From assembly GCA_963846575.1 (NCBI GenBank), contig CAWJWJ010000002.1, positions 480,001 to 544,000 on the forward strand: 64,000 nt of DNA, in the 5' to 3' direction. The position numbers and the translations under genes are program-made. Shown piece after piece: positions 20,797 to 30,863 of the stretch; the stretch's first letter is position 1; each line of letters starts with the position of its first letter. The stretch is from an uncultured Nitrospiraceae bacterium. Lineage in GTDB: Bacteria > Nitrospirota > Nitrospiria > Nitrospirales > Nitrospiraceae. Under the pieces are notes generated by a model. It was not told the DNA's origin, did no database searches, and was given only the letters and a program-made list of their open reading frames with translations.

Positions 20797-22713
20797 TTAT
20801 AGGCGCGGTACTGTGCCCGGGGACTGACCCGTCCATGGAATGGATGAGGGGCACAAAGTGTGGTCTTTCGCATGCCCGTCCATAATGAGTTCAAGTGAAT
20901 TTTTGAGTGAGTGCCCTCGCAGGGTTGAGGGACGTGCTGCCATGGCACGCTCAAATGGTTCGAGTATTCCAAGTACATCAAGAATCGTCGGCGTTACGTC
21001 GACCAGCGAGGCATGACAGACAGTCAAATGCGGCTGCGATGTTGGCGTGCCGCCAACGACAAACAGTAAGGGTACGACCGATTCGGCAGCTCTCAAGTGC
21101 CCGTGATCGGAATGAAAATGCCGGTGATTCTCGGTCTTCAGTCCCTCTATGACACGCCATTCCTGTTTGTTGGCATAGGTCAATCGTTTGGAGCGATCAG
21201 CCAGAAGAACAATGTCCGGCGCGCTCGACGGGTCCCCTGGCAGACTCGAGACGAGTCCATCGAGCCTTTCAGCAGCCATCGGAAAGGCCGCGGTATTGAG
21301 CAGGCTGTCTTTGACTTCCTGCGGCGGCAGTAGTTGAATGCCAGCATTTGCAAGACTGTATGGAATTACCACATAACGGCCGCCGGTCTGATAGAGCACC
21401 GCTTCCGGTCCATAACCATTCGTATGCATGGTTAAGAGCAGGTGCTCAAGGACCGGCTTCACCTCCTGGAGATAATCGGGACGGTCACGCCAGGTCCCAT
21501 CCCTGGGCTTGAGATGAATCCCCAACGTTCCTCCATTGAGGGTCGCTACGACATTCGCGCGCTCGGAGACCTGCCCTTCCTCGACAAGCCCCCACAGGGC
21601 GCGAATCTTGGACAAAGCGGTTTCGTTGATGAGCGACGGCTCTTCCACATGGTAGGCCCGACCACTGTTTTCGCTAAGTTCCTCGAAAATGAGCTTAAGA
21701 TCATCGATGCCGAGTGCGTCGACCCACCGCACGGGAGTGTGGCCATGGTCGGAGACCAGCACCACCATCGTCCGTTGCCAGGCGGGATTGTTCATAATGC
21801 CCTGCCATGCGATCGGATCGGTGCGGACCGGCTCCGATGCAGGCGAGGGAAAGTGATTCCTGGCGATCGCAGGATCGCCTGCGAAAAATTTCGAAATGAG
21901 ATGATCGAGATGATCCACGTAGGCGATTCGTGCGCCTTCCCCCCCTCCCATTCCCTCCTGGGAGATATGTTCTACGTGGTCCAACCCGGAAAAATAGACT
22001 GTAAATACCGAGGGCAGAATTCGCCCGGGTTCCTTCGAATTCTTCGTGGAGGTGCTGAGTGAGTGAACTGCCTCCCAGAGCGAATTTTCGTCCACGGCAT
22101 GACTGTGGTTGCGCTGATAACTCCAGAGCGTATCGAAGTCGGGCTTTCGCGCGACACCTCCGCGCGTAACCATATTGTGGACGATCATGCTCTGACCTCC
22201 GGCCGATCCCACGTACTCATGGAGCGTCTTGATGTGCGGATTGATATCGTTCGAGAGAAAGTCCTTGTCTAATTGGACGCGAATCGAATCGAGATGATAT
22301 TCCGTGTAGTAGCGGGCAATTTCACGATCCCGAAAAAATAGATTATTCCCGGTGATGCCATGTGTCCCCGGATAGACGCCCGTGAACATGCTTGTCCACG
22401 AGGGATATGTGAAAGAGGGAAATACCGTCACGGCCTGTTGCACCGCGACGCCTTTCGTCAACATGGTTCCCGAGCCGTCGCTTGTGATCCCAAAGAGATC
22501 GTGCAGCCCGCCCTTCCTTCTTTCACCGGGTCTTTCGAGGTACGACAGCAGGGTATCCTGCTTCAGGCCGTCGACTGCAATGATGACCACGTGATCAATG
22601 CGCTGGGAATGAACGCGTCCGGACGGGGGTGGCTGAGGGGGCAGCTCTGTCGTAACGCACCCTTGAGACAGCCCGAGAAGGGTCACAAGTGCGAAGAGTA
22701 AAAGGTATGGCAT
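20797..22713 (-). CDS. Alkaline phosphatase superfamily (nucleotide pyrophosphatase/phosphodiesterase) lipoprotein
   Basis: IIAVDGL, FPSFTYPS..TG.YP..HGI, DHVEH, VSDHG, SDHG; lipobox SQGC. Confidence 0.88.
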   Translation of the reverse strand: MPYLLLFALVTLLGLSQGCVTTELPPQPPPSGRVHSQRIDHVVIIAVDGLKQDTLLSYLERPGERRKGGLHDLFGITSDGSGTMLTKGVAVQQAVTVFPSFTYPSWTSMFTGVYPGTHGITGNNLFFRDREIARYYTEYHLDSIRVQLDKDFLSNDINPHIKTLHEYVGSAGGQSMIVHNMVTRGGVARKPDFDTLWSYQRNHSHAVDENSLWEAVHSLSTSTKNSKEPGRILPSVFTVYFSGLDHVEHISQEGMGGGEGARIAYVDHLDHLISKFFAGDPAIARNHFPSPASEPVRTDPIAWQGIMNNPAWQRTMVVLVSDHGHTPVRWVDALGIDDLKLIFEELSENSGRAYHVEEPSLINETALSKIRALWGLVEEGQVSERANVVATLNGGTLGIHLKPRDGTWRDRPDYLQEVKPVLEHLLLTMHTNGYGPEAVLYQTGGRYVVIPYSLANAGIQLLPPQEVKDSLLNTAAFPMAAERLDGLVSSLPGDPSSAPDIVLLADRSKRLTYANKQEWRVIEGLKTENHRHFHSDHGHLRAAESVVPLLFVVGGTPTSQPHLTVCHASLVDVTPTILDVLGILEPFERAMAARPSTLRGHSLKNSLELIMDGHAKDHTLCPSSIPWTGQSPGTVPRL

Positions 22714-23204
22714 ATTGAAAGGATCTCGCTTGAGGGGTCAACGAAATGACCGCTTTGTTTAAAGGGGTACTACGCGGTGGTAAGCGCGTTAGCCGTCTCC
22801 GCATCGATGTATGCATGGCGGGTGCTTTTTCCGATGCGGTGTTGTGTATGCAGTCACGGAAGTCAATCTCTCCTCTGTGCCTATGAAATTGTATGTAAAC
22901 AAAAACGATTCACCACTGGTAGGAACCCTGGCGCGCCAGTCAATAAGGAGAGATGACGAACAGGTGTGTGGCTCTCGAGTCGGACCGGGCACATGTGGCA
23001 TGGATAGGGAGGAACCCTTGCTCCTGAGCGGTGGCGTCTGTTCGTCCGGCTTATCCGATCGAGTACCTTCTCCGGCAGGAGCGAGAGGTCGGACCTTCCC
23101 GATATTAGGCAACCCGATCGGCGGAAGACCTATACGGCCATGATCGACGACTGGAGGTGAAGGAGGTTATCGAATCAGAAAGCAGGGCTTATGGGGGCCT
23201 GAGC

Positions 23205-23345
23205 CTATTGCAGGTCGTAGAGGGCTACGACGCCAAGCGCAAAAATGAAAGTCACCAGCATGAGCCAGGGGTGAAGCCACTCGAAGAGGTCGGCGCCCTC
23301 GGCACTATTCAGAAACGTGTCGCTATATTGCTCCCGGTCATTCAT
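23205..23345 (-). CDS. Small C-terminal-TM protein (46 aa)
   Basis: AGGAGG RBS; MNDREQYSDTFLNSAEGADLFEWLHPWLMLVTFIFALGVVALYDLQ (below the ORF-track cutoff). Confidence 0.55.
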   Translation of the reverse strand: MNDREQYSDTFLNSAEGADLFEWLHPWLMLVTFIFALGVVALYDLQ

Positions 23346-23788
23346 CGAAAATCGCCTCCTGTTGGCATTCTACCGAACCATATTGCCTTGGCAAGCAGCA
23401 TCAAAGTTTAGGCTGTCCAGTCAACGCGTGACAGCCGCCATCAGTAGCCGATAAGTACACGCTTGGAGGTATCACCGCCAATCGGGGCCGCCGGGTCTTA
23501 CCTTGGGCCACTCTGTGCGATTTTTCCGTGAAGATTCGAGGCGCGTTGTTTCGAGACATGTCGGACTCAACTTCAACCAGCCGATAAGACGTGAGAGCAC
23601 TCTTGAACAGGGAATGCCGGAAAATGTCTATTCGATTACTGAGTGTTTTAAGTGTATCAAGCGTGCCTGCTCTTCAGTTGATCCGTCGGTGACTGGCTCC
23701 TATGCGGCATTCCTAAGGAATCAGATCGATGGGGGACGCAACGCGTAACCGCCTTACTGTCTGCCGCTGTCCGACTCATTTATCTAGT

Positions 23789-23831
23789 TGAGCAAAATTG
23801 ATCAGACCACCTTCTTCAGGCAGTCTATAAA
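23789..23831 (+). promoter_or_regulatory. TGAGCA-N4-TGAYCAG site with -10-like TATAAA (copy 3)
   Basis: TGAGCAAAATTGATCAG 23789-23805; TATAAA 23826-23831. Confidence 0.6.
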
Positions 23832-23875
23832 GAGAGCATATCCCGTCATCACCATCACACCTTGCGCGGACAGGT

Positions 23876-24016
23876 ATGAATCAGGAGTCTCCCCTGGCTG
23901 ATCAAATCCTCGAAGCAGTGGCCAAGATACCTACTTGTCGAATCGAGGAGTTGGCATCCCTGTTTCCAGACCTGACTGGTCGAGCTCTCCGGGAGGCCGT
24001 CGCCTCGCTGATCTGA
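23876..24016 (+). pseudogene. Small winged-helix-like protein, probably frameshifted
   Basis: MNQESPLADQILEAVAKIPTCRIEELASLFPDLT, HTH-like; a Trp codon (as in PDLTW-type proteins) follows out of frame. Confidence 0.4.
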
Positions 24017-24131
24017 TCATGTACGTTGCGCTGGAGGAGCGGCATTTTCACCGTGAGGCCTGCCGACGAGTTGATGGGACAACAGCTCCTGCCCTATTAA
24101 AGCGCAGCTACTCGTGTGCGGAGGAACATTC

Positions 24132-24385
24132 ATGAACTGGACACTGGACATCCGTGGCTAGTTCAGGGGATCTAGAACCAGAGCCTACGTGAAATCTATG
24201 CGCCGTATGGCACCGTTGAGTCGGCTCGCATGATTAGTAGCTTTGGCACTCCCCAGCCAACCGGCCTGGGGATTGTTGCGGATGGAGTTCCCAAGGGCGT
24301 GGACGACACAGCCGCAGCGTTGAAAGAGGTCCGACGTGCCGGATATCCCATAGAAGCCTACTTCACGCGCCATCACGAGCCGCTG
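24132..24385 (+). pseudogene. RRM (RNP-1) RNA-binding protein remnant
   Basis: GAGG RBS, MNWTLDIRG, then frameshift and in-frame TAG (24173), then SLREIYAPYGTVESARMI..QPTGLGIV..AAAL. Confidence 0.6.
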
Positions 24386-24731
24386 AGAACATGTTCGCGC
24401 ATTGAGTTCCCTTGTATCGAGCTGTCTTCCCGCCTCCGAAACGTATTCAGAACAGCCTTAATTCGTGATCGCTTGGCGCCGATCATTGCGACCGCCATCC
24501 TCGGGCTTATACTCCGAGTGCCACCTCTGGCTTATGGTCCTTCCGAAATGCGCCGGCACAGTGACCTTCGCGAGACGCTTCTGTATCGACTGGTTGGAGT
24601 GCAGAATTGCGGTACAAAACCCTTTCGATTCGAAGGTTGTTCGATGGTAGATACGGCATAAACAGTTCGGAGAAGGTGCGCTCTTTAGGCCGCACCTCAC
24701 GCATTCGCAAGAGAGTAGATGATTGTCCCAT
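24373..24731 (-). pseudogene. Degraded Crp/Fnr paralog (C-terminal half)
   Basis: Pieces in shifting frames align to 19576-20229: STLLR..FSELFMPYL..NLRIE; QKRLAKV..AHFG; KDHKPE; ISPRMAVAMIGAKRSRI..NTFR. Confidence 0.8.
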
Positions 24732-24738
24732 TCAGTGT

Positions 24739-24782
24739 TGAGCAATTGTGACCAGTATCCGGTCGGGTTTGGCCATTAGCAT
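24739..24782 (+). promoter_or_regulatory. TGAGCA-N4-TGAYCAG site with -10-like TAGCAT (copy 4)
   Basis: TGAGCAATTGTGACCAG 24739-24755; TAGCAT 24777-24782; upstream of ATG 24855. Confidence 0.6.
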
Positions 24783-24854
24783 GAGTGACGTTGTCTTTCC
24801 CCTGAGATTCTCATTGGGAATGTTATCGCTGCATGCATACAAAAGGGAGGCCGC

Positions 24855-25752
24855 ATGAAACAGAAAACGGTTTGGAGACTGATCGTATGCGGGCTATGGG
24901 CAGGTGCAGCGCAATCCGTTGTACATGCAGGACCTGGTGCAATGGAGACCGTTCAGCAGCTCATTGCAGGAGACCGTCTGGTGCTTGGCGTAGTCGAGGA
25001 AGTCAGAAGTGATCAAGCCCGCATCGGCACGAGTGAGGGCCGCCCTCGTTTCATTCCGATGAATGTGCGAAAAGGGGTTACCCATACTCAAAATAGGTGA
25101 TTTGGTCGAAATTACCCTGAACGACCAGAATTTGCTGGTCGACGTACATATGCCAGGGGAATCCAACCATCATCGCGTCGTGGTGGGGCAACTCGCCGCT
25201 CCGCTGGATACCGGCCATGACAAGGCCGTGATCCGTACGACGGACGGAAAAGTAGAATCCCACATGGTGCGTCCCAGTGCACAAAGCAAGGTGGCCTCCA
25301 TTCCTGTTGGCGCCGACGTCATTTTTCTCATTGATGAATTGGAGAAGATTGTGGACGCGACGTTGGGCAGCAAACAAGCCGTTCAATATGCTAGGGACCT
25401 TTGGCAGAAGATGAGCCCCCCGAAGGGCCACCTCTCCCAGATCGTTGGGGTAATCGCGACGCCCCTGAAGAACAATACGATTGTTCCTCGCATGGCAAAT
25501 GGCAAGGAGCACTCGTATGAAGTGCGGCCGTTGATTCAACAGAGACTGGGCACCCTGGCGACCGGCGATGCCGCGACCCTTCTCGTGGATGACGAAAACA
25601 AAGTTACGGACGTGGCCTTCGTACCGAATGGACACAAGAGTCAGGATGAGGGTGTGACACCTAATCTGGTCGCTAGGTACATAGACAGAGCAGGGGGCGG
25701 AGGGGGCCAGAATGGAAGCCGTCTCCTGCAACGACGCCTCCAACCTTCGTGA
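24855..25752 (+). pseudogene. Exported protein with repeated OB-fold-like units, frameshifted near 25070
   Basis: GGGAGG RBS and signal peptide (24855-25100) continue in the overlapping ORF 25063-25752; three similar units (GD.V...ND.N.LVDV; GADV.F.IDE..KIVD; GD...LVDDENKVTDV). Confidence 0.7.
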
Positions 25753-26078
25753 AATGGCTGACCCCCCGCTCTCCGCCGTCTGCGGCGAGGAGGCCTGTTT
25801 CGTCTTCATGAGCATGAAGGGTTGTTGAGTGGTGGGAGGACGAAGATTGTTCGACTCTCACGTGCATTCGAACCGTTGGCTCTCCAGGCCTTCGACGCCA
25901 AGAAGTCGCCTCCGGTGCATGCAAACCCGCTAACAAGAGTGCGCCACCAGGCCGATCAGTGACTCAGCCGGCAGCACCGTGTTCCAACGAGTTCCGAATC
26001 CCCTAATGTTAGCGACGACTCGGTCGCGGTAGGCCTTGGTTTGCTCCGAAAGCCATACCTATTGCATGGGCACCCGGG

Positions 26079-26177
26079 CTACTGGGTGAGGAAAAACGCG
26101 ATTGCCATGGCACCCATCCAAAACAGCAAGAACAACGACACCGAGATCTCGGGCCACATGTCATGCCAGACCGTCAC
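26079..26177 (-). CDS. Very small TM protein (32 aa)
   Basis: AAGGGGG RBS, GTG start; MTVWHDMWPEISVSLFLLFWMGAMAIAFFLTQ. Confidence 0.45.
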   Translation of the reverse strand: MTVWHDMWPEISVSLFLLFWMGAMAIAFFLTQ

Positions 26178-26277
26178 GTTCACCCCCTTCCAGGAACCTC
26201 ACAGTCTGTCTCCCGCGTCGGCACAGGCGGCAACGTGGGTATTGAGAATCTAATCAGTGCTCGAACAGCAGCGCACC

Positions 26278-26490
26278 CTAGAGTTTTCTTTTCCCGTGCC
26301 AGGACGCGACTGAGCCCGGTAGCCGTGGTCGGCCCTCGGTCAATGGAGGATGGTTCTTACGATTGGCTTCAATTCCGGGATCCGTAGCCTCCCCACACAG
26401 AAGGCAGCGCCATCCTTTAACGGTCCCGGCAAGGAGCAAATCTCCCATCCAGACCGTCACCATGAGTCCTTCGCAACGAGAACACTGCAT
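26278..26490 (-). CDS. Small zinc-ribbon protein, paralog of 18812-19039
   Basis: AAGGGG RBS; MQCSRCEGLM...WRCLLCGEATDPGIEANR. Confidence 0.72.
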   Translation of the reverse strand: MQCSRCEGLMVTVWMGDLLLAGTVKGWRCLLCGEATDPGIEANRKNHPPLTEGRPRLPGSVASWHGKRKL

Positions 26491-26925
26491 CCCATCCCCT
26501 TTCGGACCAAGGTGTCCAGAATAGCCGCCGTGGCCAGCTCGACAGGTTTTCAGAGAAGCGCTTAACAACGTAGCTCAAGGCTTCGAGGTGACCCATCGGT
26601 AGAGTCAGGAAGACGTCACTGACGAGTCCTGAGTGCTCGTCTTCTTGAAATACAATCTAGGCCCGGAGAGGGGACACGCGCCGCCTTGACCGTACCATAC
26701 GATCCGCTTCTCCCGTGGTGACGGCCCTCATGGGTTGTCTTGACGAAAACAACGGAGAGAATCGCCTCAAGCCTGTGCCGTGGGTGAACCGGCTCACCCC
26801 AGGGCTCCTCAACCTCCGATTCGCCTCAAACCGATTGAATTGGACCTTAGCTATCGGGGGAGTTGGGGCTTTGATCGCTGCTAGAGCCCTAGTGATAACC
26901 ATCATGAAGAAGTTGGAGGACGATC

Positions 26926-28257
26926 ATGACTGAAGTCACAACTCCGCTCCAGGCACTCACTCGCGCAGAGCGTTCCGAATCGCACTTGCTGGCGCACTAC
27001 GCCATCACTCTGGTCTTGGCAGAGTCCGCGACCCTGCAAGAGGCCATTCCAGCTATTCTCCGAAACATAGGCGAAAGTCTTGGATGGCAATTGACCCTCT
27101 TCTGGAAAGTGGATGAACAAACAAGTACGTTGCGGTTTATCAGCCTCTGGCATCACTCGAGGATCGACGCATCGGGATTCATTGCGGACAGCCGGGACGA
27201 ATCCGTCCAGCGCGAACGAGACCTGATTGAGCGGGTCTGGAAAACCGGCAAGCCGTTTTGGGCTCCGGACATTGTCGTGGACACTGGGTTCCGACGAGCG
27301 TCGATCGCGGCGCGCGCGGGTCTCCATGGCTGGTGTGCCTTTCCGGTTCGAAAAGGCGACCGGATTTATGGTGTCATTGAATGCTTCAGTCCGGAGATCC
27401 GTCAGCCCGATCACGCCGTGCTGCATATGATGGCGGACATCGGCATCAAGATCGGCCAATTTGTCGATCGAAAAGAGACGGAGGTCGCGCTTCGCGTATT
27501 GGCGGCGCAGGACGAGGAAGAGGCCCGGCTGGCTGAGGTGGCGCGCGTGTTGGGAGACATCGCGCACGACATCAAAAATATGCTGATGCCGTTGTCTCAG
27601 GAGCATCTCTTCTGGAAGAGGAACTCAACGAGTGCTACGGACGCATGCCGCAGCCGGCGACGACCGGCGTGACACGCAGCCGCGAGCTCACCAAAAGAGC
27701 TGATCGAGATGATCCAGAACGGATCCATGCGGATTCAGCATCGGGTGGGGGAATTCGCCGATTCCATCAAAGGACATACTCGATCTCCGCAAATTGCTCC
27801 CTGTCACATCGCCAAGGTGGTGTCGAGCGTTTATGCGATCCTCCGGATATCCCGGCCCAGGAATGCGGCATTGCCCTTGGCGTCGAGGGGCTCGACAGCC
27901 TGCCGATGATTCAAGCGGATGAAAGCCAGCTGTTCAATGCTTTTTACAACTTGGTGAACAATGCCTTAGCAGAAGTCCCGCCGGACGGCTCGATCACCAT
28001 ATCAGGGTCGAGACGGAGCCAGGACGGGAGGAACATCATGGTATCGGTCAGCGACACCGGCAGGGGCATGCCTCGCGAAGTCCGAGAGAGTCTGTTCACC
28101 TACCATGCCATCAGCCGGAAAGGTCGGAGGGACCGGACTCGGAACGAAGATTGTGAAGGATGTCATCGACGCGCATCACGGGGGGATTACCGTGGAGAGC
28201 GAACCGGGCGTTGGAACCTCGTTCCATATCACGTTACCGGTGGGCGGATTAGCGTGA
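26926..28257 (+). pseudogene. GAF-domain histidine kinase with ~4 frameshifts
   Basis: GAF, AHDIKNML H-box, FNAFYNLVNNA, DTGRG and GGTGLG..HHGGITVESEPGVGTSF lie in different frames; shifts at ~27591, ~27693, ~27851 and ~28119. Confidence 0.85.
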
Positions 28258-28805
28258 AGCAAGCTCGCAGGTGTGGGCGACTTCGCGAGACCGACAGAAG
28301 AGGTGGCGGTGACCCGGGATCGACCGGATGACTTGCGGCGTATGAATACAGATGCGTTGTTTGGTGAGTCCCGCTTCTGAATGAGCTTGTCGGGGCAAGG
28401 CCAGTTCCCGCTCCACAATGCGATTATTAGCCACATCAGGTCGTCCCCGCTACTGAATAAAAGCCCGACCGACCGACAACTTACGCCAGGCGCAAGGAAG
28501 CGCCAACGGGGTTGTAGGACCCCAGTGCAACCGTCAGCAGGCCAGCATGTAGTCGTTATAAAATGGGCATTGTGTTGGTATGGACTGGATGTCCCACGGT
28601 GCTTGATGGTGCGGTCGTTGGTCAGCCCCAGACCGAGTCGGGCTTCAATTTCTCACTGGGCTTGATGTTCGCCGGGCGCCTATCGATGGTCACACCTTGG
28701 GATGAGGCGGACACCCGGAAGAAAGTCAACCACATGAATCGAAGCTATCTCGGGGAGGAGTGCTCGTCTGTGCAGCTGAGCCCCATGGCTGTATGCGATA
28801 GCCCA

Positions 28806-30863
28806 CTAAGGCGGGCTGGTGAAGGTGTTCAAGCCAGTCAGCTCAATGCCCTTCATCGCGGTTTGAATGGCTCCATGAAGTTGATCACCGGCTGCTTCCT
28901 TGGGCAATAACACCGAGGCACCAGCCGTTCGCATCGCATCCTGATTGTCGACCGAGGCGTTGACAGACATTCCGATGACGATCGTGTCCGGATGCGCGGT
29001 CCTTATTCGTGAAGTAGCCTCAATACCGTTCATCAACGGCATATTTATATCTATCACTACTACCGACGGTTTGAGTTTCTGCACCAGCTCTACGGCTTCC
29101 CGCCCATTGGACGCCTCAGCAACGACATCAATATCCGAAAAGCCTTCAAGCACCAGGCGTAGCCCCTGCCGAACCATTGCGTGGTCATCCGCAATGAGCA
29201 CGCGACATGAGCCCGGCTTGAGGGAGCTCGTTATGAGCGCCTGTGTCATATCTTCAGGCTGTGGAACATTTGCCAATGAGGCCTCAATCGCCGGTTCTGT
29301 TAAGCCGGACAGGGGGAGAATCAGGGTGGCAACAGTACCCTCGCCTGGTTTGGACTGCATCTCCAGGCGGCCTCCTAAAGCTTCCATGCGTTGCCGGATA
29401 CTGAACAAGCCGAATTTGGATGAGTGAGCGGCCAGCTTTTGGGATGACAAGGCACTCAGATCGAACCCCACTCCCTGGTCTTCCACGATGATTCTGAGAA
29501 AACCATCACTGCTTGCCGCCACTATCAGTGCCTTCTTCGAGACAGCATGTTTGACCGCATTCAGGAGCAGCTCACGAACTGATTGAAAGACGAGCACTGA
29601 CTGATGTTCGGGTAATTTCAATTCTTCCGGTGTGTCGATGCGCACGGTTACATTCAAGTGGTAACGTTGCATCTGCTCGCCGAGCCATCGCAGAGCGGTG
29701 AAGAGCCCGAACTCATGAAGGACGGGTGGACTGAGTTCCGCCACCAGATTTCGGGTGTAGGTCAGGGATTCATTCACGACGTCTTCAGCCTGCTTAATCA
29801 TTTCCACAGAGCGGGATAGCGGTCCGACTTTGGCCTGGCCCAACTTCAACCGTACGAGTACGAGCATTTGAGCCAAATGATCATGCAGTTCGGCAGCGAG
29901 CCGAGTGCGCTCACGTTGTTCGGCCAGATTTAACTGGTTCGCCAGCGCGCGAAGTTGCTGCTGAGAGGACACTAACTCGTGCGTGCGCTCCGAGACTTTC
30001 CTCTCGAGTTCCTCGGCAAACTGTTCCAATCGCGCTTGCGATGCCTTCCGGTGGGTGATGTCGTTGAAAAGGATGGCCACTTTTCGTTCCGACGGCACGC
30101 CGATACGCCAGGCATATATTTCGTAATGGCGATGAAGCTCGTTCTCTTCCTTCTCGAATCGCAACGGCTCGCCCGTGATGGCAATTGACCCGTAAATCTG
30201 AAACCAGTGGTCTTCGTGCCGGGGAACGATCTCCCGCACGCGTCGGCCCACCACGTTCTGCAGGCCTGTCTGGATTTCAAAGGCCTGGTTGACAAGAAGG
30301 AAGCGGTAGTCGGTTGGCTTGTGATGCTCGTCAAAGAGCACTTCTATCGTGCAGAACCCTTGATCGATCGATTCGAACAGGGTTCGATACTCTTGTTCGG
30401 ATTCACGCAGCTGATGTTGCGCAAACGACTGCTGTTCCACTAAGTCCCTCACCAGATATTGCCGACGACGTGATCGCAAGCCCACCTCGATGGAACGCAC
30501 CAGCGTAGCCTCTCCTATCGGCCGTTCAAGCAGCGTGACACCGCCGGCCGCTTCGGCCACCAGATTGAGCAACCGCGCCAAACGCGATTCGCCACCACGC
30601 GTCAACACGATCAGGGGCAACTCGCTCCATGGCGGTTGTGAATCCAGGTGGCGAAGCAAATCAGGAATCTGTGGGAGCTCAAGCGCTTCTTCGGTCACGA
30701 GCAAGGCTGCTCCACCCACCGTCAACTGGTGGCAGGTTTCAGCGGCCGTGAGACAGACCGTCGCGTCAAATCCATTTCTCGCGAGCAGCGTTGCCATGGC
30801 AGGAGCGTCCTGACCGATCGGGGCGAGGATAAGGATGCGCTCCTCGGCCCTATGTCGTGCCAT
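28806..30863 (-). CDS. Hybrid sensor kinase: pseudo-receiver / PAS / HisKA_3 / HATPase / REC
   Basis: LLVTEEAL pseudo-REC; ELHDHLAQ; RELLLNAVKHA; EDQGVGFD; VLIADDHAMVRQG. Confidence 0.9.
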   Translation of the reverse strand: MARHRAEERILILAPIGQDAPAMATLLARNGFDATVCLTAAETCHQLTVGGAALLVTEEALELPQIPDLLRHLDSQPPWSELPLIVLTRGGESRLARLLNLVAEAAGGVTLLERPIGEATLVRSIEVGLRSRRRQYLVRDLVEQQSFAQHQLRESEQEYRTLFESIDQGFCTIEVLFDEHHKPTDYRFLLVNQAFEIQTGLQNVVGRRVREIVPRHEDHWFQIYGSIAITGEPLRFEKEENELHRHYEIYAWRIGVPSERKVAILFNDITHRKASQARLEQFAEELERKVSERTHELVSSQQQLRALANQLNLAEQRERTRLAAELHDHLAQMLVLVRLKLGQAKVGPLSRSVEMIKQAEDVVNESLTYTRNLVAELSPPVLHEFGLFTALRWLGEQMQRYHLNVTVRIDTPEELKLPEHQSVLVFQSVRELLLNAVKHAVSKKALIVAASSDGFLRIIVEDQGVGFDLSALSSQKLAAHSSKFGLFSIRQRMEALGGRLEMQSKPGEGTVATLILPLSGLTEPAIEASLANVPQPEDMTQALITSSLKPGSCRVLIADDHAMVRQGLRLVLEGFSDIDVVAEASNGREAVELVQKLKPSVVVIDINMPLMNGIEATSRIRTAHPDTIVIGMSVNASVDNQDAMRTAGASVLLPKEAAGDQLHGAIQTAMKGIELTGLNTFTSPP

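Noticed and set aside
24230..24661. 143-aa ORF as a real gene
   Set aside because: It is a chimera of an RRM remnant and the antisense of a Crp pseudogene.
25078..25815. 245-aa minus-strand ORF (similarly 26902-27606, 5505-6110, 21442-22062)
   Set aside because: These are antisense shadows of better-supported genes, as expected in GC-rich DNA.
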